Below, one piece after another: positions 49,301-64,000 of a stretch of DNA of 64,000 nt (position 1 is the first letter of the stretch; each line of letters starts with the position of its first letter). A program made the position numbers and the translations under genes. This stretch comes from Raillietiella orientalis (taxonomy: Eukaryota), in NCBI GenBank assembly GCA_036172245.1, contig JAYWIR010000020.1:620001-684000 (forward strand), read 5' to 3'. The notes below the pieces were generated by a model. The model did not search any database. It worked only from the letters and a program-made list of their open reading frames with translations, and was not told the DNA's origin.

Positions 49301-52300
49301 TAGTAGAATTTTTATCTCACTGACGTCAGGTTTTTTTTATGCTTTTTTAACTTCGAATATCAAATATTTTTGCAGGGGGAGTTTAGAAATCACTGCACAG
49401 TTGCAATTTTAGTCAGAAAACTAAAGTTAAATAATTTTAATCTTATATTAGAGTTTCCAAATATGTTTAAAAAGAAAACAAAAAACGATAACGAAAGAAG
49501 AAGAGAAGTAAGTGATTAAAATGAGATAAAGAACAAAAATAAAGGAATCTTTTGATGTGCTTGGTGCTGAAAGTTTTTGAAAAAAGAAAAGTAAAGATTT
49601 CCAGTATTTTGTGTGCCACATCATTTATAATAGCCAAAAAATATTATGCATTTGTGGAGAGTTGTGCTTAATATGGAATGCACAGAGCTTTATGATTATA
49701 ACAATACTTAATTTCATAAGAAAGACCATGAAAAAGAGATCCCTACCCATTAGTAGTTAATTCAATCAGTTTGCAATACCATATAGTATTGAATGCTTTA
49801 TGAGAGTGCGAAAACTATTCATATTTTCAAAAATCTGATGTAAAGGCAGGTGTTTGTTTCCTTTTGAAAAGCATTTTTTATTATGTAGACTGTTTGCATT
49901 TTTTTATTCTGCTGCATACACATTGTATTTCTTTGTATTGTATTTCTTTTCTTTATTGGACACCTGTTACTTCCTAAGTTTAAATTATCCTAGAAGAATA
50001 TTTAATAATTATGTTAGTCAATTACTATGAAGAATTCACAGGTGTACACATGCATCAAGAACAAACTGAAATTACAACTGAAAAAGTGGAAAAGTTTTCT
50101 ATGTATATACTTCTTTTCACATACATGTTTATCTTAGTGTGTATAACTAACTCGGTTTTTTGTTTAAATGTTGTTTCTTTGGGAAAGGTATAGTTTTCCA
50201 TTGATATCAAAAATGTTTGTTTCAGCAAATGTACACGTTTAGCTTGTTTTTAGCATCAAATGTGATCCTAGTTGGCATCACATACATTTGATGGTTAAAC
50301 TAAAGGAAATTTTTAATCTAGTTTTTAAACTTGTTCTTTTGTAAGACATAAGTATTTGTTTTGCTTAGATGTGTGCTTTTTAGATTTCTGCATTGTGTTC
50401 TGCCCTGAAGGACTCAAGTATTCTAGTGCAACGATCCATGCTTGATCTTTTATTGTATGCATTTCCAATTCATCTCTCACATTTGATGTACAGTGACTTA
50501 CTGCAAATTATAACAGCTTCTTTAGTGGTGCTTTTGCGGAGGGATTTGTCTTTAAATAAGTAATTTGATTTTATGTTGAATATTTATTGCAAAGATGACT
50601 CTAGACGACTGTTTACATGGTTCCTTGGTAAAGATGTTATGACTTCATCCCTGCTGTCAGAACACCCTATGAATAAACTAGCCATTAATAGCTGTGTACC
50701 AGAAGTTTCCAACTATTTTGAAAAATATTCCAAGGAATTACTAGTTCAAGGCGTATTCAATTGGTTAAGAATCTGTGAAAATTGTTCTGAAATGTGCTCA
50801 GAATCATATAAAATTCTTTTTGTTGTGTTAGAAAGAGAAGATATTAGAGCTGTTATTTTAGATGATGTTCTCCTGAATGTTTGCAGGTATCTGCAATTGC
50901 AGTTCACATGTTCTTGTTTTCTATTCTGCTAATCACTTCTATTCAGGTCACTATATTGGATAACAAAGCAAGAAAATGAAAAAAAAAAAACAGAATCTGA
51001 TGTGACAGAAGATTTGCAGTCTACAGAATCTGATGCACTGAAAAATGTAACTCTCATTTTAAATTTATTAGATTCTTCTTATATATGGGAGCATATGTGC
51101 ATGTTCTTTGAAAACATCTGTTTACAGAAGAAAGATACTTATTCAGGTCAAACTATCAGGAAGGCTGATGAAAACTTAGTTAGAAATGTGTGTGCACAAC
51201 CTCCAGATATCATTGAATTGTGTGAAATTATGTTGTTTTTGTTAAACCATGTTTCCAGAGACAATTTAGTGCGTTTACTGGAAATACTTGGTAATCTCTG
51301 GCAATTAGTACATGATGCTATGTTTTATGTCCATCCTCTGGAATTAAGTAAAGCCATAACTCTCTCTCTTGGTTTCCTATCAAAAGCAGTGGAAATGTCA
51401 GATGCTGATTTGCAGAAACATTTACCACATTTGTCAGAACTCAGTGATCACTGCAGATTGAATGCCAGTGTAAAGATGAATGATTTAAGTTGTGTTAACT
51501 TTTCATTTAGTGACCCCTTATGTAAGAGTTGGTATAAATGCTGTGATAATTTTCAAAAGTTGTTTATCAAGTTTGTTTTGTGCCATATCGTAACTAGTGA
51601 TGTGGAAGTCATTCAGAATAGTTTTAGTCAAATCCAGATGACACAGACAAATGTCATCAAAAAATATCAGCTAGAAGATCTATTGAGAAGAACAGTTTCT
51701 TCATCAGAAAAAAATGATAATTCTGATCATAATAAAGTATTTTTGTGTTTGGAACCTATTGAAACCCCAGTGATTTTTTCTACAAAGATCACTGATTGGA
51801 CCAGTGCTTTTATTAATTTGTGTCAGCTACTGACAAAACTGAGCACTGCATCTATAATCCAATTACAGGATACTGGTGATACAGGTAATAAAATGCAATA
51901 AATTCCTGGTTTCGTTCATGAGCTTTCCTTTCCTTACCAGTAATAGAAGTTTTTAAATCTTTGTAACATATATTCAGTTAGGTATACTGTCTTAATGTAT
52001 ATAAGAGTAGACACTAAACTTTTTTTCAAAATGAGTTTTAAAATTCAAAACATTATAACTTCGTTGAACAGTGCAAAATATCAAGAAACTATCATTAGCA
52101 TATGAGAGACAGATAGCTTGTTCATCGAACAAAGTACATGTGCACGATAAATCACCTTATCCGTGTTTACCAATCTTGGAACTGCTATTAGTATCATTTA
52201 TTTACGTGAATATTCAGGTATGCAGGTATTTTATGACTTGCACCCTTTTTGTTTGTGGAACTATTAGATATTAAGTCTTGTGGATTATTTTGCAACAAAA

Positions 52301-55300
52301 AGTAGCTCGATTTAGAAGCTTTTAGTGCATTGACAATTGGTGTGTGTATTAAAAACTTAAGCAGCATTGTGCTTTTTTGAACACTTGCTCACAAATTAAA
52401 TTTCTATTACAATGTGTTATTTTTCAAATGATACATGGGAAGTGTCATGTGGAAATCTGTTTCCTTTTTTTGGCTGAAAATTTTAATTTTAGCAAAATAG
52501 CACATCTAGTTGTGTAGTTTTTCACTGAAAGCTCAATATTTCAGTTATGTAAGTTGATTGCATGAGCATTCAAAAAATCCCTGATACATTCTTTGAAAGT
52601 AACTTTATGCATGTTTTTTTTTTCAAGATTGTTTTTCCTTTCTGTTACAGAATACAGGATTAAAATAATAAAGGATTAGTACAAAATAGTTCCTAGAAAT
52701 TTGTGGATTATTAAGGGATATTATCATCTGAATTTATGCTTCCTGTATCATTAGGTTAACATAAATCAAAAATTCTGCTGGTCAATGATTCCTTTGTATA
52801 GATTATTGTGCATCAAAATTAAGAGAGACAAAATTTGGTGATTGAGATATTAGGAATCAATTGACTATAAAACGCAAAACAATTAGCCGCTGTAGAAAAT
52901 TAAGAGCATCATTTTGTTATAGTTCAATTTTGAATTTTCAATGTTGCAGAAAATAAGTAGATTCATAAATGCAGAACATGAATGAAGAGATCAGATGTAA
53001 AATTATACTTTCAGAGTAGTTTTTTCCTATACTAGGCAAAGATTTATTTACATGAGGCTGAGAATCTTGATCCTAATTTCATTTTAGTTAGTCTTTTAAT
53101 TTAGTATCCTTTGTTCCAATCTATTTTCTGGTTTTAAGGAATGAGCTTTCTTAACCATATTTTTTGATACAAGCAGTTGATAATTTTAAAGGAGGAGCAA
53201 AAAGTAACCAATTCAGCTTTTTCTTTATTCAAAATTTTTGAACGTTCATTGATTAGTAAAAATAAGGAAAATCGATTAGAGGGAGAGTTTAAACTTCAAA
53301 GTTACAAAAATGTTTCATTTTTCTATAATGCAGTTTATTTTAAATTATTTTGTTATACTATTCTAAATTTTATTTTCAAGAGTGCTGTAACAGGAATGAA
53401 CATGTATGCTTCATAAATGAACTACATAAACTTGGTTATATTTCTTGTGCACTCTAGGTATGTGAATCTTGATTAAAAGATTGAAAGAAGGAATTTTCTG
53501 GTATTTATTGATGGTTTTCTAACTGACTTACTGTTATGCCCTGCCTGCATCTATTTTGTGTCATTTGTCCCCAATTTTTCTTGTTCTGTGCAGTTACTTG
53601 CTGTGATATACAATCGTGATCACACTAAGTATACCTGTTTTACAAACAGAAATAATATAATTATCAGAAATAGTGCATTTGGTACCTGCCTATGATGGAA
53701 TCATCTTGTAGAGGAACAACTAGTTCATGACTCTACTTCATATCTTTGTTACATTTATTCTAGTGTTTTACTGTTTCTCTTTACTTTAGGAATTTTAATC
53801 CTTCAATCAAGTGAGTTTCCGTTTTTTGTTTATTTTTTTATATACTTTAATTACACCTTACAATTATTATTTAGGATCTGAAACCTGCTTATGCTGTCCA
53901 AATTCCATGTAGGTATTTGTTAAAATTTGACCAAAAATTCGGAAAGGAGAAATGTTCTCAGTAGAAGAAATCCTATGCCAAACATTTTGCATTTGTGACT
54001 TGAACTTTATGTAATTACAATCTTGTCTCTTTTGAAGTTATCTGCCTTTGCTTCTTATGTGAATGGAATGAACTACTAGAATTTAATCTGTGATTAATAA
54101 TATAACTAAAGTGAAAAAATACAGCAGTGGAGAAAAGAAATGCCAAAATAGCTTCTTGAATTAGTCAGCAAATCTGGAATTGCAGATGGGGTGCAACATT
54201 CGTAGCTATTGAATCTTACCATAAGATATGGAAAGTTTATACCTTCTATGTTGATCACTATTTATGTATCATTTGCATTATAATAAGAGCACACTGTTCA
54301 TTTCTGAAGTGAGTAATGTCTTTCCATTTTTAGATTTTTTTATTTTATATGGATTATGTTTGTGATACGATCACTCATTTTAGTAGGTGAAATTTTCCTG
54401 AAGTAAACCACGTCATTTTTTCAGAGGAAACTATAGTATTTTACTTGATATTTCCTTCTTTCGTGTTATCTGTTTAGAGAAATAAAGGATCGTATGAAGT
54501 ATGAAATTGGCATTGAGATAGAAATAATTTGCAAACAGAATCATAAGAGAGGTGACAGAATACAGGTGTATTCGATTCTACAAGAGATGCTAATGTATAT
54601 TAAAATTCTTAAATTCAAAGTGCTAAGCAAAATGGTAGACAGGTTGTTTTATTATTTGCGTTTTGGTTGTTTTTTTTATGTTGATGAAGCAAGAATACAA
54701 ATACAATTGGAAATGTGTGATTATCGGAAAAAATCCTTTAATACTGGACAATCCTAATGTAGTTAAACAGTTAGTCTGGAATTTCCTAAAGGATTACAAT
54801 ATATGATACTTGTGATAGGAGTAAATACAAAAATGAAAAGAAATAATCAGCAAGATCTTAACAGTTGGTTTATTGGAGCTCCGATTCTGCGTTTTAGATT
54901 TCATTACGGAACAAAAATCAAAAAACACAAGCAGTCTCACTGTGAAAAAGGAATAGATATAGAAGTTTTTTTAAGTTAAAACATGATTGTATTTTAAACA
55001 ACAATAAAAATACCCGAAAATGCTTGAATTTTGTTGCAAAAATTTTAGAATTATAAGGGATTCTGATATTTATAAGAAAATGTATATATTCTCTCCATCC
55101 AATAATCCATTATTATGTACGATATAAATGCAAAAACATAAAGAAAGTTTGATATAAAAATATATATGATCAATAAGAAACAAGCTATATTTATCTGGTT
55201 GTTATTTTTAGGTGAACAGTATTTTAGTGAACAGTATATGCATTATCCTGGTTACCAGGTTTTTCATTGTTTCAACAGTACATTTTTAGGTTGAAAAAAA

Positions 55301-58300
55301 ATCTTAAATTCTTTCTTTCAAGCTATTCTCACGTGTTTTCATTAGAATCAGCGCTGTTTCTTGTATTCCACGGTGCTTTTTTTTAAAAAAAAAAAAAAAA
55401 AATATTTCTGGTTTTTGATGCACAATTCAGCATGCTGAACAATTTGTTAAATTGGATTTTCCTTAAGTCAGGAAAATGCTTGCCAATCTGTTAGATTTAC
55501 TTTTAACGTAATATGTAAGTATTTAACATTCACTAAATGTGTATTGGATTGCATTTTCAAAATTAGTCTACAAACAAGGAGCATTTTATTTTCCATTTCA
55601 TTTTTTAGATGTCCAGTTAGATGTTTTCCCATTGTGGCTGCAAATTCTGGTCGTCATCTGTTGTTCCAGAAATATGCACTCATTTCCTGAAATTCATGTC
55701 ACATCATTTGCAACATTATTCAAGCAGCTCGACATATCATTGAGCCAGGGTACAAATAATTTTGTCACAAAAAGTTTGCTCCTAAATGAATTGCAATTAC
55801 AAACGTTGTCTGCAAAAATTGGAGTGTGTGAAGTATGTCAGCATAATGATAGTGGATTTGTTTTCACCAGACAAAGTAATTTAGAAGTTAGCAAAAGTAC
55901 TATGGAATAATTTAAATCAAAATAATGGAGACTACCAGTTTGAGTACATTAAGTTGTTGGATCAATTGCATGCCATGTTGGATAAGGAGCATATAGTTGA
56001 AAAAGTGATTGTAACAGCTTTAACTAATGGAACTGATGAACAACAGGTCACTGACTATTTATATTTGATAAATACTGAGTTTTTTTTACAGCTAGAAAAT
56101 CTTAAGAAATTCATTTTTGTATGGCATATATTACGAGACGTAAACATAAAAGAAGTAGGCAGTAAATTCAGAAAGTCGTTTGATCAGTAAGTAATTTTCA
56201 AATTTTCAATTTGAAGATTCTTTTTAGGTGTTGTTTGATCATTTTTGGTTGGCTTAAGCATAAAACAGGGATTTGTAGAGAAGAAGCAGAAAGATGGCTT
56301 TCTCATTCACTACAACATGGAGACTTGTCAAGAATTTTGGATCCTCTGTTGTTAAAATTATTGTCTCCTTCATCATCGCGTATTAGCGTTCAGTATGTGC
56401 ATGTTAAGCAAGAAGGCCTTCCACTTTGTGTTAAAGATGAAAATGTTAGCAATGCTGAGTCAGCCAGCATATTTGCTATTAGTTCGGTGGGTGGCAACGT
56501 TATATATCATGTTTCCAATGCCAATCGTCAGAAATCTGCTTCTGTGAAAGCACGTCGTATTTTTGCCATGACTTCTCTTACTCAAGATTACAAGGAAGCT
56601 ATAACAGAAAGTTCTAATCTAGAGGATTTAAATTGTTATGCAAATGCTGTGCAGACAAATAGCTTGTATTCGTTATATCCGATGTCTTTATTCATTAATC
56701 CTTTTCCATCATCTCTGTCAGAAGAACTTATAAATGATCCTTTGAAAGTTGATTTTAATAAGGCCAAACGTTTCAATCATGAAGACTTTAGCTTTGATGA
56801 ACTTGATGTTAATTCAAACAGCATTGTAGACTCCGATAAAACTTTGCTGGATTTGAAAGCTGCAGATTTAGACGATGAATATGCTAAAGAAAATTCTTTA
56901 GCAGATATTGCCCATCAAGAAACTAACACCATTGTTGCACACGTAATTAAAGAACTTCTTTCAACAGTGTATGATTTATGTGAGAATAAAAGTGTAAATA
57001 ATAAGAATCTAGACCTTAAACGTTGTAAGCATCATCAAATAACAATTCACCCTCTCCACTCTCACATTCTTTTGTTTACTCAAGTGTGTGATGCAACACA
57101 AATTCTAAGTGCACTCCAGATATTACAAGTGATAATTAATGTGGAGCCCAACCTTATGCTCTGTTCTCTTGTGACTACAAACATAAACTCTTCAAAAAGT
57201 GATCATGGTTATAAAATTTTAAATTTATTTGCCCGACATAAGCAGAGTATCTATGGAAAAAGTTTTATGAATCCATTAGAACCTAATGCTATTACAAATC
57301 TGCGTAGTAGCATGTATTTTGAAGTACTAGTCGTTATTTGTATGTATTTTGTTCGCAGTTATTATCCTAACCTTGGTGAGATGCGTCTTACTGAAGAAGA
57401 AATATATTGCAATCGAAAGCTACAATTGATGGCATGTTCGCTTTTAAACAGTTTATTTTTGGGTTTGGTGGATATAGTGCAGAAGAATTGCCGTACTTTG
57501 ATGCTTTATGTTTGGGATGTGTTGAGTCGCTGCAAAGTTCAGAAAACAGTTTTGCATAATCTTATCTCAATTGTGTTTAGTCTTAAACAGCAGGATGCAG
57601 AAAACAAAGAAGATTCACTTACTGAGGAAATTTTAAGATTTAATGACAACGCCCAATCAGATTTCTCATTTACTTTGTGTGTATATTTATTAAAGTGAGT
57701 ATTTAATTCATGAAGAAATAATACTTGTTATCCTGCAGATTGACTGCAACTATAATTTCCCTCGAGAATCAGCTGTCATTTTGTTGTGAAGGAGAAGAAG
57801 TACGAAGTCACTCTTCAAAAAAAACTGAGGATGAAGAACAATCCGAATATGCCATACTTGGTGGCAAAGTTCACTTTCATCCTTCTCTGGTTGGATTATC
57901 GTATTCACCTAAGGATCCCATTCACAAGCAACAGATGTTTGTTAGTGCAATTATTAGTGCATTAAAAGAGGTATCCTTATAATTCATACATGTAAAATTT
58001 TTTTATAAGCCCGAAGCCTAAAGTTTTAAATTATTATCAAGGATTCAACTCATTTGCTATTTTTGTTGAATGGTCTTTATTTAGAAATAGCAAGTTTGAA
58101 TTTCAGTATTGAAATAAATTTTGATTGTTACCATATCATTTTTATGATTGTTGGAAATTAAAAAAGGAATGGCAAATTTTTTTTAAAGGTGGAGTTTGTT
58201 GCACAATTTTCAGATCCATCAGTGTTTAGTTGATTATTTTTTGTGCATTTGAGTTGTCCTTGGTATTGTTCAGCTGCAATGTGGAGTTTGTTATTTCGAA

Positions 58301-61300
58301 TATATATTATTAATATTGCAGTGAATTCTAATTTTCATTTGAATAAGTAAATATAAATATTTTCACAAAAAATGACCAAGAAATTTTTGCAGTTTTTGAA
58401 AATAGAATATTTTTTCAAACTTTGCAGCACATAATTTTATTATTAGCCATAGCTCCTTCAATACTAACATTCATTAATGTTTAAGCATGCTGATTTCAAA
58501 ACAAAGGGCATGTTTAAATATCCTCTTTTAAGAAATTTGCCTTAATAATTGATATTTTAGGAATCACTGAGTAAAATCCATTGTGATTGGTTAAGGCTTA
58601 TTGTATCTTGCCTTCCATTTTTTCATACTTCGTTGTCTTATATTGTGACAACAGTCCTACTTCAAGTATGTCATAACATAGAGTCTTTGACTGACTACAT
58701 TCTACAAAATAGGTAAAAACATACACTTACATACACATCCTCTATTTCATTGTGTGTTTGCTTTAATTTCAGTAAAAGCATAAATTCTTTCCCCACTGAT
58801 TACATGTTAACCATACTTCAAGCAGTCATTCATCTCTGCCATTTTTGCTTACTGGATTCAAATAACTCAATGCTGTGGTCCTTGCCAACAAATTCAGGAG
58901 GTAGTAATTTACAATTTGTAGTAATTTCAACTGTTCGAAATTTGAGTCACTAATTTTCATAATTTTTCATTGTTTTGTGATGCAAGTTTTTTTGAATTTC
59001 TGTGAATATTCGTGCATGCTTAACATTTAATACGCTTTAGCAGTTATTTGCTTTTTTTGATAGCCCACATAATAGTCAAATTTCTGATTGATTATTAATT
59101 ATTGTTTTCATTTTGGTTTTTGTTATGACAACTATATATTTTGTTCATTTAATACTAGCAGAACGCAGATCACTTTTTTCTGCATTGTGAGTTGTCCTAT
59201 TGTATTAGTAACCATTATTTGGTTGCATTCTTTTTTTTTCTGTTATAAAAAGAATTGATTTCTCTAGTATATGTATAGATTTTACAGATGAGATTACCAG
59301 ATACTTGACTAAGTGCACACTGATTTAATAATTTAAAAATGTTGCACACTTCTAATCGCTAATTTATTTGTTTTGCTTCAAATATTGGAAAGCCGTTCTT
59401 TTGATTTTTCTTTTTGCAAAACTTTACTTGGAAATTGATTGTATGTATGCCTTCAACTCCATAAGAAATTTTTTATAGCATGCTTACTTGACATTTGTTA
59501 AGTCCAAAGTTAATTCTCATTGCAATTCAGTATCCAAACCCATAACTTCCTCATTTGATCATTTTGAGACCTTGTACTTGTGTGAACGATTGTCTAAAGA
59601 AGTAGAATAGTATTATGTATTAAAAAAGTATATGATTGGCATACTGTATGCTATTTATTGTCACCTTTCCCAAGAACCGAAAAGCTTTTCCAACATAAAT
59701 GCCTTCTGTTATCACCTAATTGCATAAAAGTAGTCAGCCTCATCAGCAATGTTTAGAAGCATTAATTGTTTTCTTTTAGTCGTTTAATTTTAGCAGGATC
59801 CGTTCTTTAGTTATGCTTCAGTAATAACTTGCATGTAAACCATAACAAGAACATTTTTTGTTGTGTACTTCTTCCTCGCTCAATAGTTTTTATGCCCAAG
59901 AGTATTTGTTCATCAATTTTTGATTTACCTTCAACAAAAAGTAAGGTTTTTTTTTTATCATGGTCTGTTTTTATATTAATGATAGTCTATTATTGTCGAT
60001 ATGCCATCATATCTGCCAATTTCATCTTTCATATCGGTGAAACATTATTTTTACCATCAGTATTTTATTGTTTTTGATGATTGCAAGATTCAATTTTAGT
60101 CTTTTTGTCTTTTGTGTAACATTTGAAAGTTATTGATTCACTGAAAGCTTTTTTCATATATGTTTTCGTGATGAATAAAATTTATTTCAAGCTTCTGCTA
60201 TTGAAACGTTTGCCTTTCATGCATCAAATTATGTAATTTTCCCTGGATCCAGAATTTGTTGATTCATGTTTGCATAACTGATTTTGGTAGAAATTGTTGT
60301 ATGCAAGTATTTATGACATATAATTGATTTTAAATTGTTTTTGTTCGAGAAGTGATAATAGAGATAAATCTCAATATCAATATTGTAAGTAATTGCAATT
60401 AAAAAAGGCGTAGTAGCAGTGGTTTACATTGGTTTATTTGATTTTGATTGTTATGCATATAATGCTTTCGAATGTAGAAGCGGATGCAACAGTAATAACA
60501 TGAATAGTTATCAGTATTTAACATGTGCATTGAGTTTTAAATTGTATTCTCTTTTGATTTTCATTGAAATAATTGTCCAGAAATGTGCTTATTTTTAACA
60601 AATTTTATTGAAATTTCAAGCTTCCCATAGTTCATCAAGTGGCACTATACTTTTCAATGCAGGACAGTTTTTTTACAGTTTGTTCCAACAGTTAATTCCT
60701 CCTCCTCTGAAGGTAATTTTTAAAATTTTTGGAATTTATTCGTGTGTGCTTTTTTTATGATTTTGGGATTTTGCAATAACGCTTTTATTTCCTAAATCAA
60801 ATGGATTCAATCTTACACAATAATACAGCAATTTATCCATGTAGCCTGGGCTCGATTCAAATGGACTTGCTCCACTGAACAGATCATGTTCTTAGGCAAA
60901 GAATAACCACTTGCTTTTATTGTCTATCAGTGTATTGTTTCTGCCTTGTTTATTCATAGTTGATGTATTTGGAGCTAAGGTTACAACCAAAGGTTTCATT
61001 TGTATTGACTTGCATGTATGTGTATGTGTGCCCTTGGCTTCGTTTTCAGTTAAAAGCGCATCTAATCATAAGTAAAAGTTCACATGACTAAAAACTTAAG
61101 TAACAGTTGACTTGTGCAGACTGACACAATTTATAAATACAAATATTGGCTGGTAACATTCACGCAGCATTTAATATGCCCCAGAGCTTCATAGAGTGTG
61201 TAAACAATGTTTGAATATGGATTTCGAGTATGCTTAGTTAGTGATATGCAAAATCATAGTGCATTTCCATATATTTTGATGATATAAGAATAAATGTCGT

Positions 61301-62731
61301 ATCTATCCAGAATTTCAAATACAAAGAATTGCAAGCACATCTGGAAAGATTGTTGACGTTAAATGTAACTTAAATACGCAATATATTTAAAAATGGAAAG
61401 ATTCTTGTTCATGATTATGAACAAGATACTTTCTTGTTCATAATAAACATAACGAACTAATTTATGGTGAGGCATTTTCGATTCAAAACTGCAAGAATTC
61501 AAGTAGAGAAGTGCAAAAAATTTTTGCTTTTCCATTAGCATCACTTGACAGCGATAATAATGGAAGAAAAACAAGATTCTGCTTTCATGCTCAATCCAGA
61601 GTGGACAAGGTCACTTTCATCTTGCCGAGTGTTTTTCTTAAAGGTCTTCATTGTAGACTTTATGTTCTAGTTTTTCATAGACAGCTTTTATGCATTTATT
61701 TTCTTTGTATTTACATGTTTAGATAATTAGGTGGAGAGTTGCATGCTGGAATTTGCATTGTAAACTATTTGCTAAATTTTACAACTGCCATGCGTTTCGT
61801 TTAAACCAAATCAGTATCCTATTTGGCTTAATTCACATTAAAACACGTATAATGCATATTGTTTGTACATCTTACTGAAATGCTATCATGTAATAGCAGT
61901 GGAGATTTTTTGTATGTTCTACTACACCCATTCTTCATTTTCCACACAACTCAATCAAAATCCAAATACCAAACATGAAAAATTGCTGACGAATAAATTC
62001 AACGTTCTATTGGATAATGATCTTATAAGATGTTTCGGGTCACTTTCTTTTGTTTATTTTCTAGCAATTTGATCTTAATATTGCAAGAGTTGAAATTGAT
62101 TTTTTTTAAGATATCCTCCTCAGAACAAGGCAGTAATCGAATGCAAGATGGGCTTGCCGAAATAAAATATTCAATTTTAGAATATCTTCCACGGATTATT
62201 TCAACTATGGCAATGTTGTGGAGAATTTTGCATACAGATAGGTATTTTCATCAAAAACAGATTTTATGTGTTACCAGTGATTTTTTGGGATATCTATATA
62301 AGTGTATTCATATGAATACTGTTTTTGTTCATGTTCACTCACGAACATGAACGGAAATGAATATATTAATTAATATATTTGCAGATTTATATGGCCTGTA
62401 AAACTCGGGCAGAAAGATTTGGTCAAATTCCTGATTGTGGAACTGTTATCACCCATTGGCCATCATTACAGCAGTGCCTTTATGGCTTCTATAGCCGTGG
62501 CCTGGTATGAAACTCGTGACAAAACGGCCAATAGAGTTAGTTTGATAGCTGTGAATTCAATTTATTAATGAATATTTGCATTAACTTTTGTAGATCCTCT
62601 TTACTGAGACTCCAGCGCAAAAAACTTTCATAGAACTAATGTTTGCACTGAAGGTTTTACCTTGTACTATTGTGGTTAATGCAGTAAAGCAAGTATTGAA
62701 ATATCCACCTCTGGTGAAAGGATGTGGCTCA
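46400..62731 (+). CDS. DOP1: Dopey/DOP1 leucine zipper-like protein, 3'-incomplete (continues past the window end)
   Basis: Dopey_N motifs [71 protein letters not shown] and [15 protein letters not shown]; later motifs [11 protein letters not shown] and [10 protein letters not shown]. Exons: 46400-46546, 46618-46804, 47980-48145, 48814-49003, 50384-50559, 50605-50886, 50947-51884, 55609-55832, 55885-56046, 56092-56186, 56228-57694, 57739-57970, 58561-58712, 58773-58900, 60621-60712, 62111-62241, 62385-62535, 62594-62731, then a GTAAGT donor. Confidence 0.93.
57971..58560 (+). other. U12-type GT-AG intron candidate in DOP1, 590 nt
   Basis: 5' site GAG|GTATCCTTAT; branch-like TTGCCTTAAT at 58537-58546, about 15 nt before the TTTTAG acceptor; phase-0 join KE|ES. 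Confidence 0.75.
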
Positions 62732-64000
62732 GTAAGTGGATCGATTTTCCATTAGTGCATGCCATGTTATTGACAAAATGAGGAGATGAAATGAACATTT
62801 GTAATAATTAATGACCGACTGGTATAATACTTTATTAATCCATTAAGATTGCATATTTATCTGGATCCATAACTGATGTTTTGAAAGTCAACTGTTTTCA
62901 TGCTCACTTAAGCTGTAATAGGAATACTATTCTCCATGCACCATTTTGCGGATTATTAGTAAAAGGAGCTCCTTGTTTTGTTTTTGTATTAGCTAATATT
63001 TTTTGAGAAATGCCACTGGGTCCCTACATCTCCTAGTGTCGAAATCACAATGAAAATTGATGTTGGTGATGATTTTTTGGCCATTCTTATCTTTTTCATT
63101 CTCTTTATTTAATCCAAAATCTTAAATACTGTATTCTTTGGATGAACACTGGCGATTTAAAAAAGATAGTTTTTTCAATCTAGTTTTTCAGTAGAATTCA
63201 TCCTCATTACTAGCAAACAAATTAAACTTGTTACACATTAAGAAAAATACTATATAAGACAGTCACATTGACAGATTACTGTCAATTTTGTCTTTTAAAT
63301 AGGAGTATTCAAAAATGCCTTGAAGTCTGAATTTGTGCACTCCTTGTATAATTTGTCTCCGATTTGTGTTTCTTTTTTTCTTGCATAATTAATGGGTTTC
63401 TAAAATTAGCGTGGTTGTGTTTCTTATAGTTCTATGACGCTGCTTTTCATACTTTTCATACTTTCATTGGAGGATTGGCTGTCATTGTACTTGGAGTTTA
63501 TTCTCAAAAATACCATAACCTGCACTAAAATATTCAAGTATTTCATGTTTTGTAGCTTACTTGTAAACAGAAGAGCATTGATGACATAAACATTATTGTT
63601 TTTAAATAGTAAGCAGATTAAGATTAAAATCGACATTTAGTCATACATGAAATTTTTATTCAGAGTTTGTTTGTTTCACTATTTCTAAATAAAAATAATT
63701 TATTTTGATTGTTTAAGAGTTTTTACCATCAATTGAGGATATATTTGTTTTCGTTTTTTTTGTTTTCACATTTGTGTTTCTGACATCTGTAACATAAAAA
63801 TAACTTGAAATTTTCTTCCGCTTCATTTTTCGAATCATTTCTTTCCACCGTGTTTTTTCAATAATTGAGTATATTGCCTTCATATTTCTTCGCGTATTTA
63901 ACTGATCTTTTGGAAAATTTGGTTTCGATTTTGTTTTCCCATTCACACAAACTCATCTGGAAATCTCATTTTGCTTTTTTGGTAATTGAGTTGATTTAGT

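Overview
Eukaryotic (animal) genomic DNA. The proteins look arthropod-like, but the species cannot be determined from this sequence. The window has two compartments. (1) About 1-17,400 is visibly more GC- and CpG-rich and consists mostly of heavily decayed retroelement relics: Ty3/gypsy pol, a probable Penelope-like element, two L1/Tx1-like elements and a nearly complete R2/NeSL-type RLE element. These surround one intact gene with an intronless CDS that encodes a three-dsRBD TRBP/PACT/Loquacious protein. (2) About 17,450-64,000 is AT-rich and CpG-poor and holds five conserved genes: ARFGEF1/2 (BIG/Sec71, +), OSER1 (-), RAD51 (+), USP2 (-) and a 3'-incomplete DOP1/Dopey (+). The best-supported notable features are very short spliceosomal introns (38-48 nt, often with no polypyrimidine tract) and two U12-type introns, one only 56 nt. 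Also of interest are two tail-to-tail gene pairs whose poly(A) signals predict antisense overlap and a CDE/CHR-spaced motif upstream of RAD51. More speculative are a multibranch RNA fold at the 3' end of an L1/Tx1 relic and a possible second RNase H in the gypsy relic. All calls come from manual translation and motif recognition; no searches were run.
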